From the IMG/VR virus record IMGVR_UViG_3300020603_000019, positions 1-56,112 of that record: 56,112 nucleotides of DNA, one strand, 5' to 3'. The number at the start of each line of letters is the position of its first letter. Within the stretch, counting starts at the first letter, position 1. Of the stretch, positions 15,811-24,979 are shown piece after piece. Source of the stretch: a virus. Lineage: Duplodnaviria; Caudoviricetes. The notes beneath the pieces were generated by a model. The model saw only the letters and a program-made list of their open reading frames with translations, was not told where the DNA came from and ran no database searches. The position numbers and the translations under genes are program-made.

Positions 15811-17955
15811 ATGGCCAAAATCAAACCACAGTCTATTGAAGATCAACAGCTCGCCCACACGCAGTGGCAGCGCTACGTGCGCGCCCGCGATAACGGGCAT
15901 CTGCAGTACGTTGAGATGGCGAAGAAATGTGACGCGTTCTATCGCGGCGACCAGTGGGACAAGTCTGCTCTTGCAGTTCTGGAGGCCGAGGGCCGTCCAG
16001 CACTGACCATCAATACTATTCTTCCGACCGTGAACACGGTCCTCGGAGAACAGTCCACGCGCCGTGCTGATATTCAGTTCAAGCCACGCCGTGGCGGTGA
16101 CCAGGACGTTGCAAGCGTCCTAACCAAGCTGTACATGCAGATTGCCGACAACAACAAGCTCGACTGGGTCGAGCAGCAGGTGTTCAGCGACGGCCTCATC
16201 ATGGACGGCCGTGGTTACTTTGATGTCCGCATGGACTTTAGTGACCACGTAGAAGGTGAGGTACGCATCACGGCCAAGGACCCGATTGATATCCTGGTTG
16301 ACCCGGATGCCAAGGAGTATGATCCGAAGACATGGAACGAGGTCTTTGAAACTAAATGGATGACCCTCGACGAGATCGAGGAACTGTACGGCGAAGACAA
16401 AGCCGAAGCGCTACGGTTCGTCGCCGAGAATGGCAACGGATTCGGACGCGACTCAATCGAATACGAAGAGACTCGCTACGGCAAGACTGACTCGACGCAG
16501 GACTATCTTAGAGCGTCGGTTCCTGGCAGTGAAGAATACCGAAACGTAAAGGCGCTACGTGTCATCGAGCGGCAGTACCGTAAGATGGGGCGTGCAGATT
16601 TCTTTGTTGATCCCAACACGGGGGATCAGCGCGAGGCCCCCGAAGAGTGGGGCGAGCAGAAGACGAAAAAGTTCGCCAAGCAGTACGGCCTTGGGATCAT
16701 CAGTAAGATTAAGCGCAAAGTGCGCTGGACAGTGACGTGCGACAAGGTCGTGCTCCATGACGACTGGTCGCCGTACGAAGACTTCACTCTCGTCCCTTAC
16801 TTCGCGTATTTCCGTCGCGGCCGTCCGTTCGGTATGGTGCGTAATCTGTTGTCTCCGCAGGAGCAGCTGAACAAGATCGCGAGCCAGGAGCTGCACATCG
16901 TCAACACCACCGCCAACAGTGGCTGGATGGTTGAGAGTGGCTCACTCGTCGGCATGACGACGGACGACCTAGAGGAGCACGGCGCAGAGACGGGCCTGAT
17001 ACTCGAGTACAACCGTGGTTCGCAACCGCCGACCAAGATTCAGCCTAATCAGATTCCGACCGGGCTCGATCGCATCAGTCAGAAGGCGGCGCTCAACATC
17101 AAGACTATCAGCGGCGTGAATGACTCGATGCTCGGGTCGGACAGCGCAGAGGTCTCCGGCATCGCCATTCAGGCGAAGCAGAATCGCGGCGTCATCATGA
17201 TTCAGGTGCCGCTCGACAATCTGCGTAAGACTCGACAGTACCTGGCGGAGAAGGTGCTGAATCTCGTGCAGCGGTTCTACACCGAGCAGCGCGTTATTCA
17301 GATCACCAACGAAGATGATCCAATGAAGCCGCGCGAGCCTATGGTCGTCAATGAAATGACGCCGGAAGGTCGCGTGATTAATGATTTGACTTTAGGCGAG
17401 TACGACGTAATCGTCGGCACTGCGCCTGCGCGCGACTCGTTCGATGAGATGCAGTTCGCCGAGGCGATTAATCTTCGTCAGGTTGGCGTAGCCATACCGG
17501 ACGACGCTATTATTGAGTACAGCCACCTCGCCCGTAAGGGAGAACTTGCGAAGCGTATCCGCATGATGACGGGTGTCGAGCAGACTCCGGAGCAGATGGA
17601 AGCCAACGCTATGCAGGCGGAGCTGGCGATGCAGCAGGTTCAGCTCACGCTGGTCAAACTGCAGGCAGAGGTTCAGAAGTTGCAGTCGGAAGCGGCGGTC
17701 AACATTGCCAAGGTACAGGATGTCGCCGACGTTCAGCCCCAGCTCAAGATGCAGGAGCTCCAGGCGCAGATTGCAATCAAGGAGCGCGAGCTCGAGCTGC
17801 GGCGTGAGCTTTCTTCGCTTACTAATGAAACGCGGCGTAATCAGCATCAGACTGCATCAGCGACTCGTATTGCTGCGACAGTCATGCAGACCGCTGCCAA
17901 GACGCAGAATCAGGGCCCGCCGCCCCCTGTTAATATCCCAAACATGCGGCAATAA
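15811..17955 (+). CDS. Portal protein
   Basis: FYRGDQW, GRPALTIN, VRNLLSPQEQLNK, C-terminal coiled coil (P22-like portal); position after terminase. Confidence 0.93.
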   Translation: MAKIKPQSIEDQQLAHTQWQRYVRARDNGHLQYVEMAKKCDAFYRGDQWDKSALAVLEAEGRPALTINTILPTVNTVLGEQSTRRADIQFKPRRGGDQDVASVLTKLYMQIADNNKLDWVEQQVFSDGLIMDGRGYFDVRMDFSDHVEGEVRITAKDPIDILVDPDAKEYDPKTWNEVFETKWMTLDEIEELYGEDKAEALRFVAENGNGFGRDSIEYEETRYGKTDSTQDYLRASVPGSEEYRNVKALRVIERQYRKMGRADFFVDPNTGDQREAPEEWGEQKTKKFAKQYGLGIISKIKRKVRWTVTCDKVVLHDDWSPYEDFTLVPYFAYFRRGRPFGMVRNLLSPQEQLNKIASQELHIVNTTANSGWMVESGSLVGMTTDDLEEHGAETGLILEYNRGSQPPTKIQPNQIPTGLDRISQKAALNIKTISGVNDSMLGSDSAEVSGIAIQAKQNRGVIMIQVPLDNLRKTRQYLAEKVLNLVQRFYTEQRVIQITNEDDPMKPREPMVVNEMTPEGRVINDLTLGEYDVIVGTAPARDSFDEMQFAEAINLRQVGVAIPDDAIIEYSHLARKGELAKRIRMMTGVEQTPEQMEANAMQAELAMQQVQLTLVKLQAEVQKLQSEAAVNIAKVQDVADVQPQLKMQELQAQIAIKERELELRRELSSLTNETRRNQHQTASATRIAATVMQTAAKTQNQGPPPPVNIPNMRQ

Positions 17956-17977
17956 GTATCCAATAGGAGTTTGATAC

Positions 17978-18997
17978 ATGGCTGACGACAAGAAGGACGT
18001 GACGTTTGATGTGATGCCCGGTGCCGATCCCGTTGAGGCGGCCCCGGAGCAGAAGTTCGACTTTAATTTTGGGCTCGGCGAAGAAATTAAAGCCGCAGTT
18101 GCGGAACCGGCCACGGAACCGGCCATCGAGGAGGCAGAAGCGCCAGTAGTTTCGGAGGCAAAGGCGGAAGTTGAACCGGTGATCGAACCGACGCCGCTTG
18201 AAACGCCGGAAGTTGCTCCGGTTGTTCCGGAAGCGGAGGCGAAAAAAGCCCCAGAATCGGAGCCGAAGCAGAAGATGGTGCCGAAATCGCGCCTAGACGA
18301 GGTGTTGGCCAAGCAGAAAGCGCTGCAGAAGCAGCTCGACGACCTCATGGCGGCTAAAACCGCTGCCGAAACGGCTCCTGAGAGCTACGATTTCGCGGTA
18401 AAAGAGGTGGAGTACCAGAATATGGTGCTCGACGGTCAGCATGAGAAGGCTGCGGCCCTTCGTGCCGAGATCCGCAAGGCGGAACGCGCACAGCTCGAGT
18501 TCGAGTTGACGCAGAAAGTGGAGCAGAAGGTCACTCAGAGCCAGCAGATATCTGCTTTGCAGCAGGCCGCAGCTGATCTGGAGGCCAATTTCCCTGTTTT
18601 TGACCGCGCTAGCCCTGATTACAACGAAAAGTACACGCAGGAAGTCATCGATCTGCGCGACGCCTTTATTGTTAAAGGCGAAAACCCGGTCGCGGCCCTG
18701 TCTAAGGCAGCGAAATTTGTCCTGCGGGAGTATGATCTAATCGATATGAGCGGAGACACCACTCCTTCCCTGGCTGTCGCCCCGACTCCGAAGGCACCTA
18801 GCGTCGATGAGGTGGCCAAAAAGCGCGCAGAGGTGGCCCGCAAACTAAAAGCTGCTGAATCTCAACCCCCCGAAATGCCGGGAGAGAGCTCTGCAGCACG
18901 CGGCGAGAAAGCGATCGATCTTTCTACGTTGACAGAAGACGAGTTTAACGCTCTTCCTGCCGCTACCCTTAAGCGTTTGCGCGGAGATATTCTCTAA
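17978..18997 (+). CDS. Capsid scaffolding protein (putative)
   Basis: Acidic Pro/Glu-rich N-terminus, VPKSRLDEV, coiled coils, C-terminal LTEDEFNALP...RLRGD. Confidence 0.75.
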   Translation: MADDKKDVTFDVMPGADPVEAAPEQKFDFNFGLGEEIKAAVAEPATEPAIEEAEAPVVSEAKAEVEPVIEPTPLETPEVAPVVPEAEAKKAPESEPKQKMVPKSRLDEVLAKQKALQKQLDDLMAAKTAAETAPESYDFAVKEVEYQNMVLDGQHEKAAALRAEIRKAERAQLEFELTQKVEQKVTQSQQISALQQAAADLEANFPVFDRASPDYNEKYTQEVIDLRDAFIVKGENPVAALSKAAKFVLREYDLIDMSGDTTPSLAVAPTPKAPSVDEVAKKRAEVARKLKAAESQPPEMPGESSAARGEKAIDLSTLTEDEFNALPAATLKRLRGDIL

Positions 18998-19281
18998 TGG
19001 CCGGTCGCGATTCACGTTTAGCCCGAGCCGGTGTCTCTGGCTACAACAAACCTAAGCGTACACCAAGCCATCCGACCAAAAGCCACGTAGTTGTGGCCAA
19101 GTCGGGGGATCAGGTGAAAACTATCCGGTTTGGCCAACAGGGCGTCAGGGGCTCCCCCCGTAAAAAAGGGGAGTCCGACTCATACCGTAACCGCCGCGAG
19201 TCCTTCAAAGCCCGCCACGCTAATAATATTTCCAAGGGCAAGATGTCTGCGGCGTATTGGGCAAACAAGGTAAAGTGGTAA
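18997..19281 (+). CDS. Small basic protein
   Basis: K/R-rich; KTIRFGQQG...RRESFKARH...SAAYWANKVKW. Confidence 0.8.
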   Translation: MAGRDSRLARAGVSGYNKPKRTPSHPTKSHVVVAKSGDQVKTIRFGQQGVRGSPRKKGESDSYRNRRESFKARHANNISKGKMSAAYWANKVKW

Positions 19282-19460
19282 TGGCTAAAACTAAGTCAAA
19301 GGTCAATGCCGCTGGTAATTACACCAAGCCGACTATGCGTAAACAGATTTTTGAGCGCATTAAAGCTGGTAGTAAAGGTGGTAAACCAGGCCAATGGAGC
19401 GCCCGCAAAGCACAGATGCTAGCGGTCGAGTACAAAAAGTCAGGCGGAGGCTATAGGTAA
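19281..19460 (+). CDS. Small basic protein, DUF5872-like N-terminal half
   Basis: YTKPTMR...KGGKPGQWSARKAQMLAVEYKKSGGGY; TAATG-coupled start at 19281. Confidence 0.8.
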   Translation: MAKTKSKVNAAGNYTKPTMRKQIFERIKAGSKGGKPGQWSARKAQMLAVEYKKSGGGYR

Positions 19461-19711
19461 TGGGGTTAGCCAAGTCACAGAAGTCCCTCAAGAAGTGGAC
19501 TAAAGAGGACTGGGGCACTCGTTCTGGTAAGAACAGCACCCAGGGCTCGAAGGCGACTGGCGAACGGTACCTGCCGAAGAAAGCTCGGCAGGCGCTGTCC
19601 CCTCAGGAGTATGCTGCTACTACCCGTAACAAACGTCGTTCGCTTGCCAAGGGCGAGCAGTTCTCGAAGCAACCCAAGCGTATCGCCAAGAAGACCGCGC
19701 GGTACCGTTAA
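19460..19711 (+). CDS. Small basic protein, DUF5872-like C-terminal half
   Basis: QKSLKKWTKEDW...GERYLPKKA...G.QF; TAATG-coupled. Confidence 0.8.
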   Translation: MGLAKSQKSLKKWTKEDWGTRSGKNSTQGSKATGERYLPKKARQALSPQEYAATTRNKRRSLAKGEQFSKQPKRIAKKTARYR

Positions 19712-19728
19712 CCACAGGAGATAAGCGT

Positions 19729-19857
19729 ATGAAGATGAAGAAGAAAGGCGGAAAGGGCCCTATGCATCGGATGCCGGATGGCACCATGATGCCTGGAAAA
19801 AGCCATAAGGCTAAAAAGTCGGCTAAGAAGCCAACCAAGCCTAGATACCCTTATTGA
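19729..19857 (+). CDS. Very basic 42-aa protein (not in ORF track)
   Basis: MKMKKKGGKGPMHRMPDGTMMPGKSHKAKKSAKKPTKPRYPY; AGGAG SD. Confidence 0.6.
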   Translation: MKMKKKGGKGPMHRMPDGTMMPGKSHKAKKSAKKPTKPRYPY

Positions 19858-19874
19858 TAATATTCGCATTAACT

Positions 19875-19911
19875 AGTTGCAAATTTGTATTAATGTTGCT
19901 ATTTTGCAACT
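19875..19911 (+). promoter_or_regulatory. Putative capsid promoter within an inverted repeat
   Basis: TTGCAA-17-TATTTT with TG extension; AGTTGCAAA/TTTGCAACT arms; variant ATTAA-N5-CTATT in the spacer. Confidence 0.5.
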
Positions 19912-19915
19912 GAAC

Positions 19916-20101
19916 TCGTCTGCTGGAACGATATTCAGCCGTGTCGGACACGTAAAAAACGTCGGACCCGCCTGCGCAGGCGTAAAACCCGCCGAGGTCG
20001 CGCCTCGTTAACCCGCGCTAAGTCGTGACCCCACGATACGGGGTAACGGTTTAGCCGCACCAAAAGTCGGCTGTAGCCTAGTAATGCGTGTGCATTACTA
20101 G
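19916..20101 (+). ncRNA. Structured capsid mRNA leader: tandem pseudoknots plus hairpin
   Basis: Five clear and one degenerate H-type pseudoknot, then a perfect 10-bp hairpin CTAGTAATGC/GCATTACTAG before the SD. Confidence 0.65.
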
Positions 20102-20131
20102 ATTTGAAACGCAATTTAAAGGAGAAGCCAA

Positions 20132-21274
20132 ATGGCTCTTACTAATTTTGCGGCGCTGACTAGTGATCAACTCACGGCATGGAGCCGTGATTTCTGGCGC
20201 GTCGCTCGCAATATGTCGTTTGTGAACCAGTTCGCTGGTTCAGGTTCGAACGCGATGATTACGCGTGTCACTGAGCTGACCAAGTCAGACAAGGGCACGA
20301 AGGCCGTCATCACTCTGCTTGCCGATATGACCGGCGACGGCGTGACTGGCGATAGCACCCTCGAAGGTAATGAAGAGGCGCTCCGCGCTTACGACATCAC
20401 CATCGAGCTCGACCAGCTCCGCTTCGCGAACCGCATTGCCGGTCGCCTCGCGGATCAGAAGAGCGTGGTGAACTTCCGTGAGCAGAGCCGTGACGCCCTC
20501 GCGTATGCGCTGGCTGATCGTTGCGACCAGCTGGCGTTCTTGACGCTATCGGGTGTGGCCTACACGCACAAGACCAACGGCGCTCTGCGCACGGTCTTGG
20601 CGTCTGGTCAGAACCTGTCGAACCTCGAGTTCGCTTCTGACGTGACGGCTCCTACCGCAGCGCGGCATCGCCGTGTTTCCGGTGACACTATCGCTGCTGG
20701 TTCGACTACGTCTGTTACTGCGACGGACAAGTTGAAGTACCGTCATATCGTTGACATCAAGGCCTATGCCAAGGATCAATACATCCGTGGCGTTCGCTCT
20801 GCTGGCAACGATGAGGTCTTCCACATGTTCGTGACCCCGCAGCAGATGGCCTCCCTCAAGCTCGATTCGGACTTCCTCGCCAACGTGCGTAACGCTGGCA
20901 TCCGTGGTCCGAGCAACCAGCTGTTTGCTGGTTCGAGCTCGCTGATGGTCGACGGCGTCATGGTCCACGAGTTCCGCCATGTGTTCAACACATCTGGCGC
21001 GACGACTGGTACCTCGGCGAACGCTGGCGCAGCTGGCTACAAGTGGGGTGCAAACGCAAACGTGACGGGCGCTCGTGCGCTCTTCTGCGGTGCGCAGGCT
21101 CTCGCTATGGCTGACATCGGTCTTCCGGATATCGTTGAAGATAACTTCGACTACCAGAACCAAGCTGGTATCTCGATTGGTAAGATCTTCGGTCTCCGTA
21201 AGCCGAAGTACAACAGCGACGTGACGGCAGACACGCAGGACTTCGGCGTGGTTGCTCTCGACACGGCGCAGTAA
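20132..21274 (+). CDS. Major capsid protein (N4-gp56/DUF4043-like)
   Basis: GDGVTGDSTLEGNEEAL, DQLRFA, QKSVVNFREQSRDAL, RALFCGAQAL, DFGVVALDT; strong codon bias; AAGGAG SD. Confidence 0.92.
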   Translation: MALTNFAALTSDQLTAWSRDFWRVARNMSFVNQFAGSGSNAMITRVTELTKSDKGTKAVITLLADMTGDGVTGDSTLEGNEEALRAYDITIELDQLRFANRIAGRLADQKSVVNFREQSRDALAYALADRCDQLAFLTLSGVAYTHKTNGALRTVLASGQNLSNLEFASDVTAPTAARHRRVSGDTIAAGSTTSVTATDKLKYRHIVDIKAYAKDQYIRGVRSAGNDEVFHMFVTPQQMASLKLDSDFLANVRNAGIRGPSNQLFAGSSSLMVDGVMVHEFRHVFNTSGATTGTSANAGAAGYKWGANANVTGARALFCGAQALAMADIGLPDIVEDNFDYQNQAGISIGKIFGLRKPKYNSDVTADTQDFGVVALDTAQ

Positions 21275-21282
21275 GCCGCTTA

Positions 21283-21310
21283 GGGGGCCCTCTCTTCGGA
21301 GGGGGCCCCC
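21283..21310 (+). terminator. GC-rich C(UUCG)G hairpin after the capsid gene
   Basis: GGGGGCCCTCTC-TTCG-GAGGGGGCCCCC. No U-tract, so may stabilise RNA rather than terminate. Confidence 0.55.
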
Positions 21311-21333
21311 ATCTCTCTACTCCAGGAGCAATC

Positions 21334-21711
21334 GTGAAGGTTGTCTCGGATAAAGAAATTCGCGTTGCCACACTCAGTGGCGCAGTGGTTTTGTTTTTCC
21401 CAGGGGAAGAGTGCGAAGTAGCCGACGAGATCGGCATTCTTGCGCTGCAAATGGGAGCCCGACAGGTAGGGTTTGAAGCGCCGAAAGCGCCTCCTCCTGC
21501 GGTCAAAGATTCCCCCCAGATCGAAGAATTCGAGGACGTAAAGAACCTCGATGACGTAGTCGCTGGTATTGAGAAGCTCTGTGAACAGGGCGACCCAGAA
21601 GACTTCAAAGCGGATGGAACTCCCAAAGCTTCGGCAGTAAACCGCGCTGTCGGGCGCAACGTTAGCATTGAAGATCGGGAAGCAGCTTGGGATATATTCA
21701 TCAAATCGTGA
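21334..21711 (+). CDS. Hypothetical virion-associated protein
   Basis: AGGAG SD; DFKADGTPK...ERE.AW motif. Confidence 0.75.
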   Translation: MKVVSDKEIRVATLSGAVVLFFPGEECEVADEIGILALQMGARQVGFEAPKAPPPAVKDSPQIEEFEDVKNLDDVVAGIEKLCEQGDPEDFKADGTPKASAVNRAVGRNVSIEDREAAWDIFIKS

Positions 21712-21719
21712 GGTAGGTC

Positions 21720-22424
21720 ATGGCCGTTACCGTACAAAGTGTTATCGACAGAATCCAAACAACCCTTCAAGACACAACCGGGGTTCGCTGGCCTGTAGTC
21801 GGAGAGCTTATACTCTGGATCAACGACGCTCAGCGTGAGATCGCGCTGCTCAAGCCTGACGCTTCGGCAAAGAATACGACGGTCACTTTGGTTGTTGGCA
21901 CTAAGCAGGATATCCCTAGCGACGGCAACGGTTTGTTGCGGGTTACCCGTAACATGTCGGCCGCTTCTAGCGGACTCGGCCGTCGCGCAGTGCGCATCGT
22001 GCAACGGGAAATCCTCGACGCGCAAACTCCCGATTGGCATAACCCGTCTGTTACGGGCGACGCCGCTCATGGAACCGTAGTCAAACACTACGTCTACGAC
22101 GAGCAGAACCCGCGCAACTTCTATGTTTATCCTGGGGTCTCGACCGCTGATTCCGCGTTCGTCGAGATTATATATTCGGCGAATCCTACCACCGTAGCGC
22201 AGAACGGCAACCTGGACATCCCAGACATCTATGCAAACGCGGTGATGAATTATGTGCTCTACATGGCATACATGAAGGACGCCGAGTACGCGGGCAACCA
22301 GCAGCGTGCGGCGTCGCACTATCAACTGTTCACGACTTCTATTACTGGTAAAGGTCAGGTGGACGCAATGGTGACCCCTAACTACGACGCTAGACAACGT
22401 CCGGTTGCTGTAGCAGCGGGGTAA
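21720..22424 (+). CDS. Head-to-tail adaptor-like protein
   Basis: RWP..EL..WINDAQREI, NFYVYP, Y.AY.KD.EY pattern; position. Confidence 0.7.
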   Translation: MAVTVQSVIDRIQTTLQDTTGVRWPVVGELILWINDAQREIALLKPDASAKNTTVTLVVGTKQDIPSDGNGLLRVTRNMSAASSGLGRRAVRIVQREILDAQTPDWHNPSVTGDAAHGTVVKHYVYDEQNPRNFYVYPGVSTADSAFVEIIYSANPTTVAQNGNLDIPDIYANAVMNYVLYMAYMKDAEYAGNQQRAASHYQLFTTSITGKGQVDAMVTPNYDARQRPVAVAAG

Positions 22425-22430
22425 CAAGGT

Positions 22431-23117
22431 ATGGCAACTCTGTACGAGTCGTTGCTGCCTGAGATCATCCCGATGGTGCCGGGCTGTCCGGACACGCTCA
22501 TCGAAAACAACATTCGATCAGCGGTCATCGAGTTGTGCGAGAAAGCACCAGTCCTTCAGGCGGAGCTTGATCCAGTTACCACACGCGTCGGGACGTTTGA
22601 GTACGACCTCGAGCCGCCGACCGACACCGTGGCTCACAAGATCATGTGGGCCGTGTACAACGGCAACGATCTCGAGCCGATAAGCACGAACCTTTTGGAA
22701 CAGCGCAAGCCTGGTTGGCGTGATGCCGCAAATCGCGGGAACCCTGAGTACTTCGTGAAGGTCAGTCAGTCATTGTTCTGGCTCGTACCCGTACCGAACG
22801 TTACGAAGGTATCGAGCACGGTTCTGCGAGTTCAGCTGAAGCCAACGCAAACGTCTTTGTCGGCCGACGATGAGCTGATGTCCGATTATCGCGACACTAT
22901 CGTCAATGGAGCATTGTTTCGTTTGTTACGTTTACCGAGTAAAGAATGGACAGACCTGTCCGGTGCTTCGGTGTACGGATCGATCTTTAATGAAGGCATT
23001 GCTGCTGCCGATCGACGCGCGCGTCACGCCGACGTTGGCATCGCCAGGAAGGTAGCGTATGGAGGAGTCTACGCCCCATTTTCAAAGCGGAGAAACAGGT
23101 ACAGCAACGGCTATTGA
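22431..23117 (+). CDS. Adaptor/tail tubular-like protein
   Basis: VPGCPD..IE..IR.A.IELC...GAL.RLL.LP..EW pattern. Confidence 0.65.
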   Translation: MATLYESLLPEIIPMVPGCPDTLIENNIRSAVIELCEKAPVLQAELDPVTTRVGTFEYDLEPPTDTVAHKIMWAVYNGNDLEPISTNLLEQRKPGWRDAANRGNPEYFVKVSQSLFWLVPVPNVTKVSSTVLRVQLKPTQTSLSADDELMSDYRDTIVNGALFRLLRLPSKEWTDLSGASVYGSIFNEGIAAADRRARHADVGIARKVAYGGVYAPFSKRRNRYSNGY

Positions 23118-23514
23118 GCCGGTTGTCTCTGATATTCGCCGGGAGTGGGATTGGGTACGGCACGGGGTTGAGGAGATTATTCGCAACGCGAAAACACTCA
23201 CTTACCGGCCGGAGGATGTCTACGCGGCTTGCGTGAACAAGCAAGCCGTTTTGTGGACGACGAGTGAAGGGTTCGTGATCTCCACTACGGAGATTGACCC
23301 CTTCACGGACCGGAAGACGATGTTTCTTTGGCTCGCGTGGGCTAAGAAACGAGGTGATAGTTTAGTGGCAAAGTACCAGTTGTTTTTTGAGAAGGCTGCC
23401 CGCGAAGCGGGGTATAGTTATTTGGAAACCCGGTCTCCCTTTCTTGGGTTGATGGGGTATCTAGAGAGTCACGGTTGGGCTATAGATACTGTAGTTTATA
23501 CGAGGGAGCTATGA
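23059..23514 (+). CDS. Hypothetical protein (possible GNAT-like fold)
   Basis: Typical slot before podovirus ejection proteins. Confidence 0.55.
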   Translation: MEESTPHFQSGETGTATAIEPVVSDIRREWDWVRHGVEEIIRNAKTLTYRPEDVYAACVNKQAVLWTTSEGFVISTTEIDPFTDRKTMFLWLAWAKKRGDSLVAKYQLFFEKAAREAGYSYLETRSPFLGLMGYLESHGWAIDTVVYTREL

Positions 23515-24272
23515 GTAGTAAGCCTAAGAAACAGGACTACCAAGCAAGCGAGTCTGAAAAGGCGTCGGCAGCCGTTGCTCAGGCGGAGTACGACTATTTT
23601 AAGCAGAAGTACGATCCGCTCCTGCAGGAAATGCGGGACAAGGTGAACAAAGAAGACCTTCGGTCTGGTCTGCGAGGCAGAGCTAACGCGGATGTTATGC
23701 AGTCTTTGTCTACGCCCTCGTATCAAGAAGTTTCTAGAAGTGATGCGTCTGGAGACTTGTCTGGAGCAATTAGTGGGCAGCTTACAAAGGCTGATGAAGC
23801 CGCAAACACAGTTAAGAACACTATGGGTTCCAGCGTGCTCGGCACAGCCCGTGGGCAGGCTGCAGATGCACAGACAGGCATGGCGCAGGCCAGTCGGCTT
23901 GCTACGTCTAACTTGTTGGAGCGAGCAAAAGCGAAACAGCAGGTCGCTGAGGCGAGAGCCGGTGCCGCTATGCAGATCGGATCTGCTGCGGTTTTGTCCG
24001 GACTTAGAAACTTATCGTCCGCCAAACCAGGCGATACGAGAAGCACGCTCAGCAAGATGATGACTCCGACCAATAACGACGGCACGTTAGCGAGCAGTAT
24101 TGGCGATAGGTTTAGATTCTCTATGGGGTTTACGCCTTCTGCGTCTACTAATCAGAACTTCGTGTCAACGCGATATCCAACGCCGATAGAGAGACCCCCC
24201 GGCCCTTCTTATCAACCTTCGTTGGGGCAACAGACCTCTATATATAACCCACGTTTTAGACCTGGACGGTAA
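23511..24272 (+). CDS. Putative internal virion/ejection protein
   Basis: Ala/Gln/Ser-rich helical protein; ATG at 23511 with GGAG SD. Confidence 0.65.
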   Translation: MSSKPKKQDYQASESEKASAAVAQAEYDYFKQKYDPLLQEMRDKVNKEDLRSGLRGRANADVMQSLSTPSYQEVSRSDASGDLSGAISGQLTKADEAANTVKNTMGSSVLGTARGQAADAQTGMAQASRLATSNLLERAKAKQQVAEARAGAAMQIGSAAVLSGLRNLSSAKPGDTRSTLSKMMTPTNNDGTLASSIGDRFRFSMGFTPSASTNQNFVSTRYPTPIERPPGPSYQPSLGQQTSIYNPRFRPGR

Positions 24273-24274
24273 AT

Positions 24275-24967
24275 ATGGCACCTGATATCGGTAGAGCAGC
24301 CGTTATGCCAGAAGACTATCTGGCCAGAAATATGGCCTTCTATGGCAACGGGAGTCCTGTTATGGGGGGCAGTCCTGCTTCTCCTTCCCAGCTCAAGATG
24401 CAGGAGCTCCATGGAGCGACCGCTTATTCTGGGGCGTCTTCTGGCCTATCGACTGTGACTGATCCAGAAAAGGCGTATGCCAATCTGACGAGGCAGGAGT
24501 ATCTTGATTACATAAAGAATTACCGCAGCTTTGAAGAAGGGCTGATAAATAAAGCTCGCACTGATAAGTCTTTGATAGACGAAGCGCGTAAAGATGTAGG
24601 TCTTGCTTCTACTCTCTCAACTGGCGTTGCTGAGCGAAATGCACAACGTTATGGCGTGAATCTAACGCCAGAGATGCGACAGCAGCAGGAGCTTCGGCTT
24701 CAACGCGCGAATACTCTCGGCGGTATCCAAGCAGTTAGCGACGCTAGAATTGCGCAGCGCGAAGCTAATACTCAGCTGATGGCAGACCTAATTAACATCG
24801 GACAGGGTGTAAATCGCTCGTCTCAGCAGCAACTTGGATCCGCAGCGCAAGACGCAAGTGCAAGACAAAACGCGTATAGACAGGCAAAAGCTTCTTCAAA
24901 GGCTCAGACATATCAAGCCGTTGGTAGTTTGGCTTCTACAGCGATATTGGCGTTTGCTCTTTTCTAA
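24275..24967 (+). CDS. Putative internal virion/ejection protein
   Basis: Ala/Gln-rich with hydrophobic C-terminus. Confidence 0.65.
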   Translation: MAPDIGRAAVMPEDYLARNMAFYGNGSPVMGGSPASPSQLKMQELHGATAYSGASSGLSTVTDPEKAYANLTRQEYLDYIKNYRSFEEGLINKARTDKSLIDEARKDVGLASTLSTGVAERNAQRYGVNLTPEMRQQQELRLQRANTLGGIQAVSDARIAQREANTQLMADLINIGQGVNRSSQQQLGSAAQDASARQNAYRQAKASSKAQTYQAVGSLASTAILAFALF

Positions 24968-24979
24968 AGGTGAACTGAA

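Noticed and set aside
19916-20101. tmRNA, given the multiple pseudoknots
   Set aside because: No tRNA-like ends or tag reading frame; too short.
21105-22427. 440-aa antisense ORF
   Set aside because: Antisense to three structural genes; non-protein-like composition.
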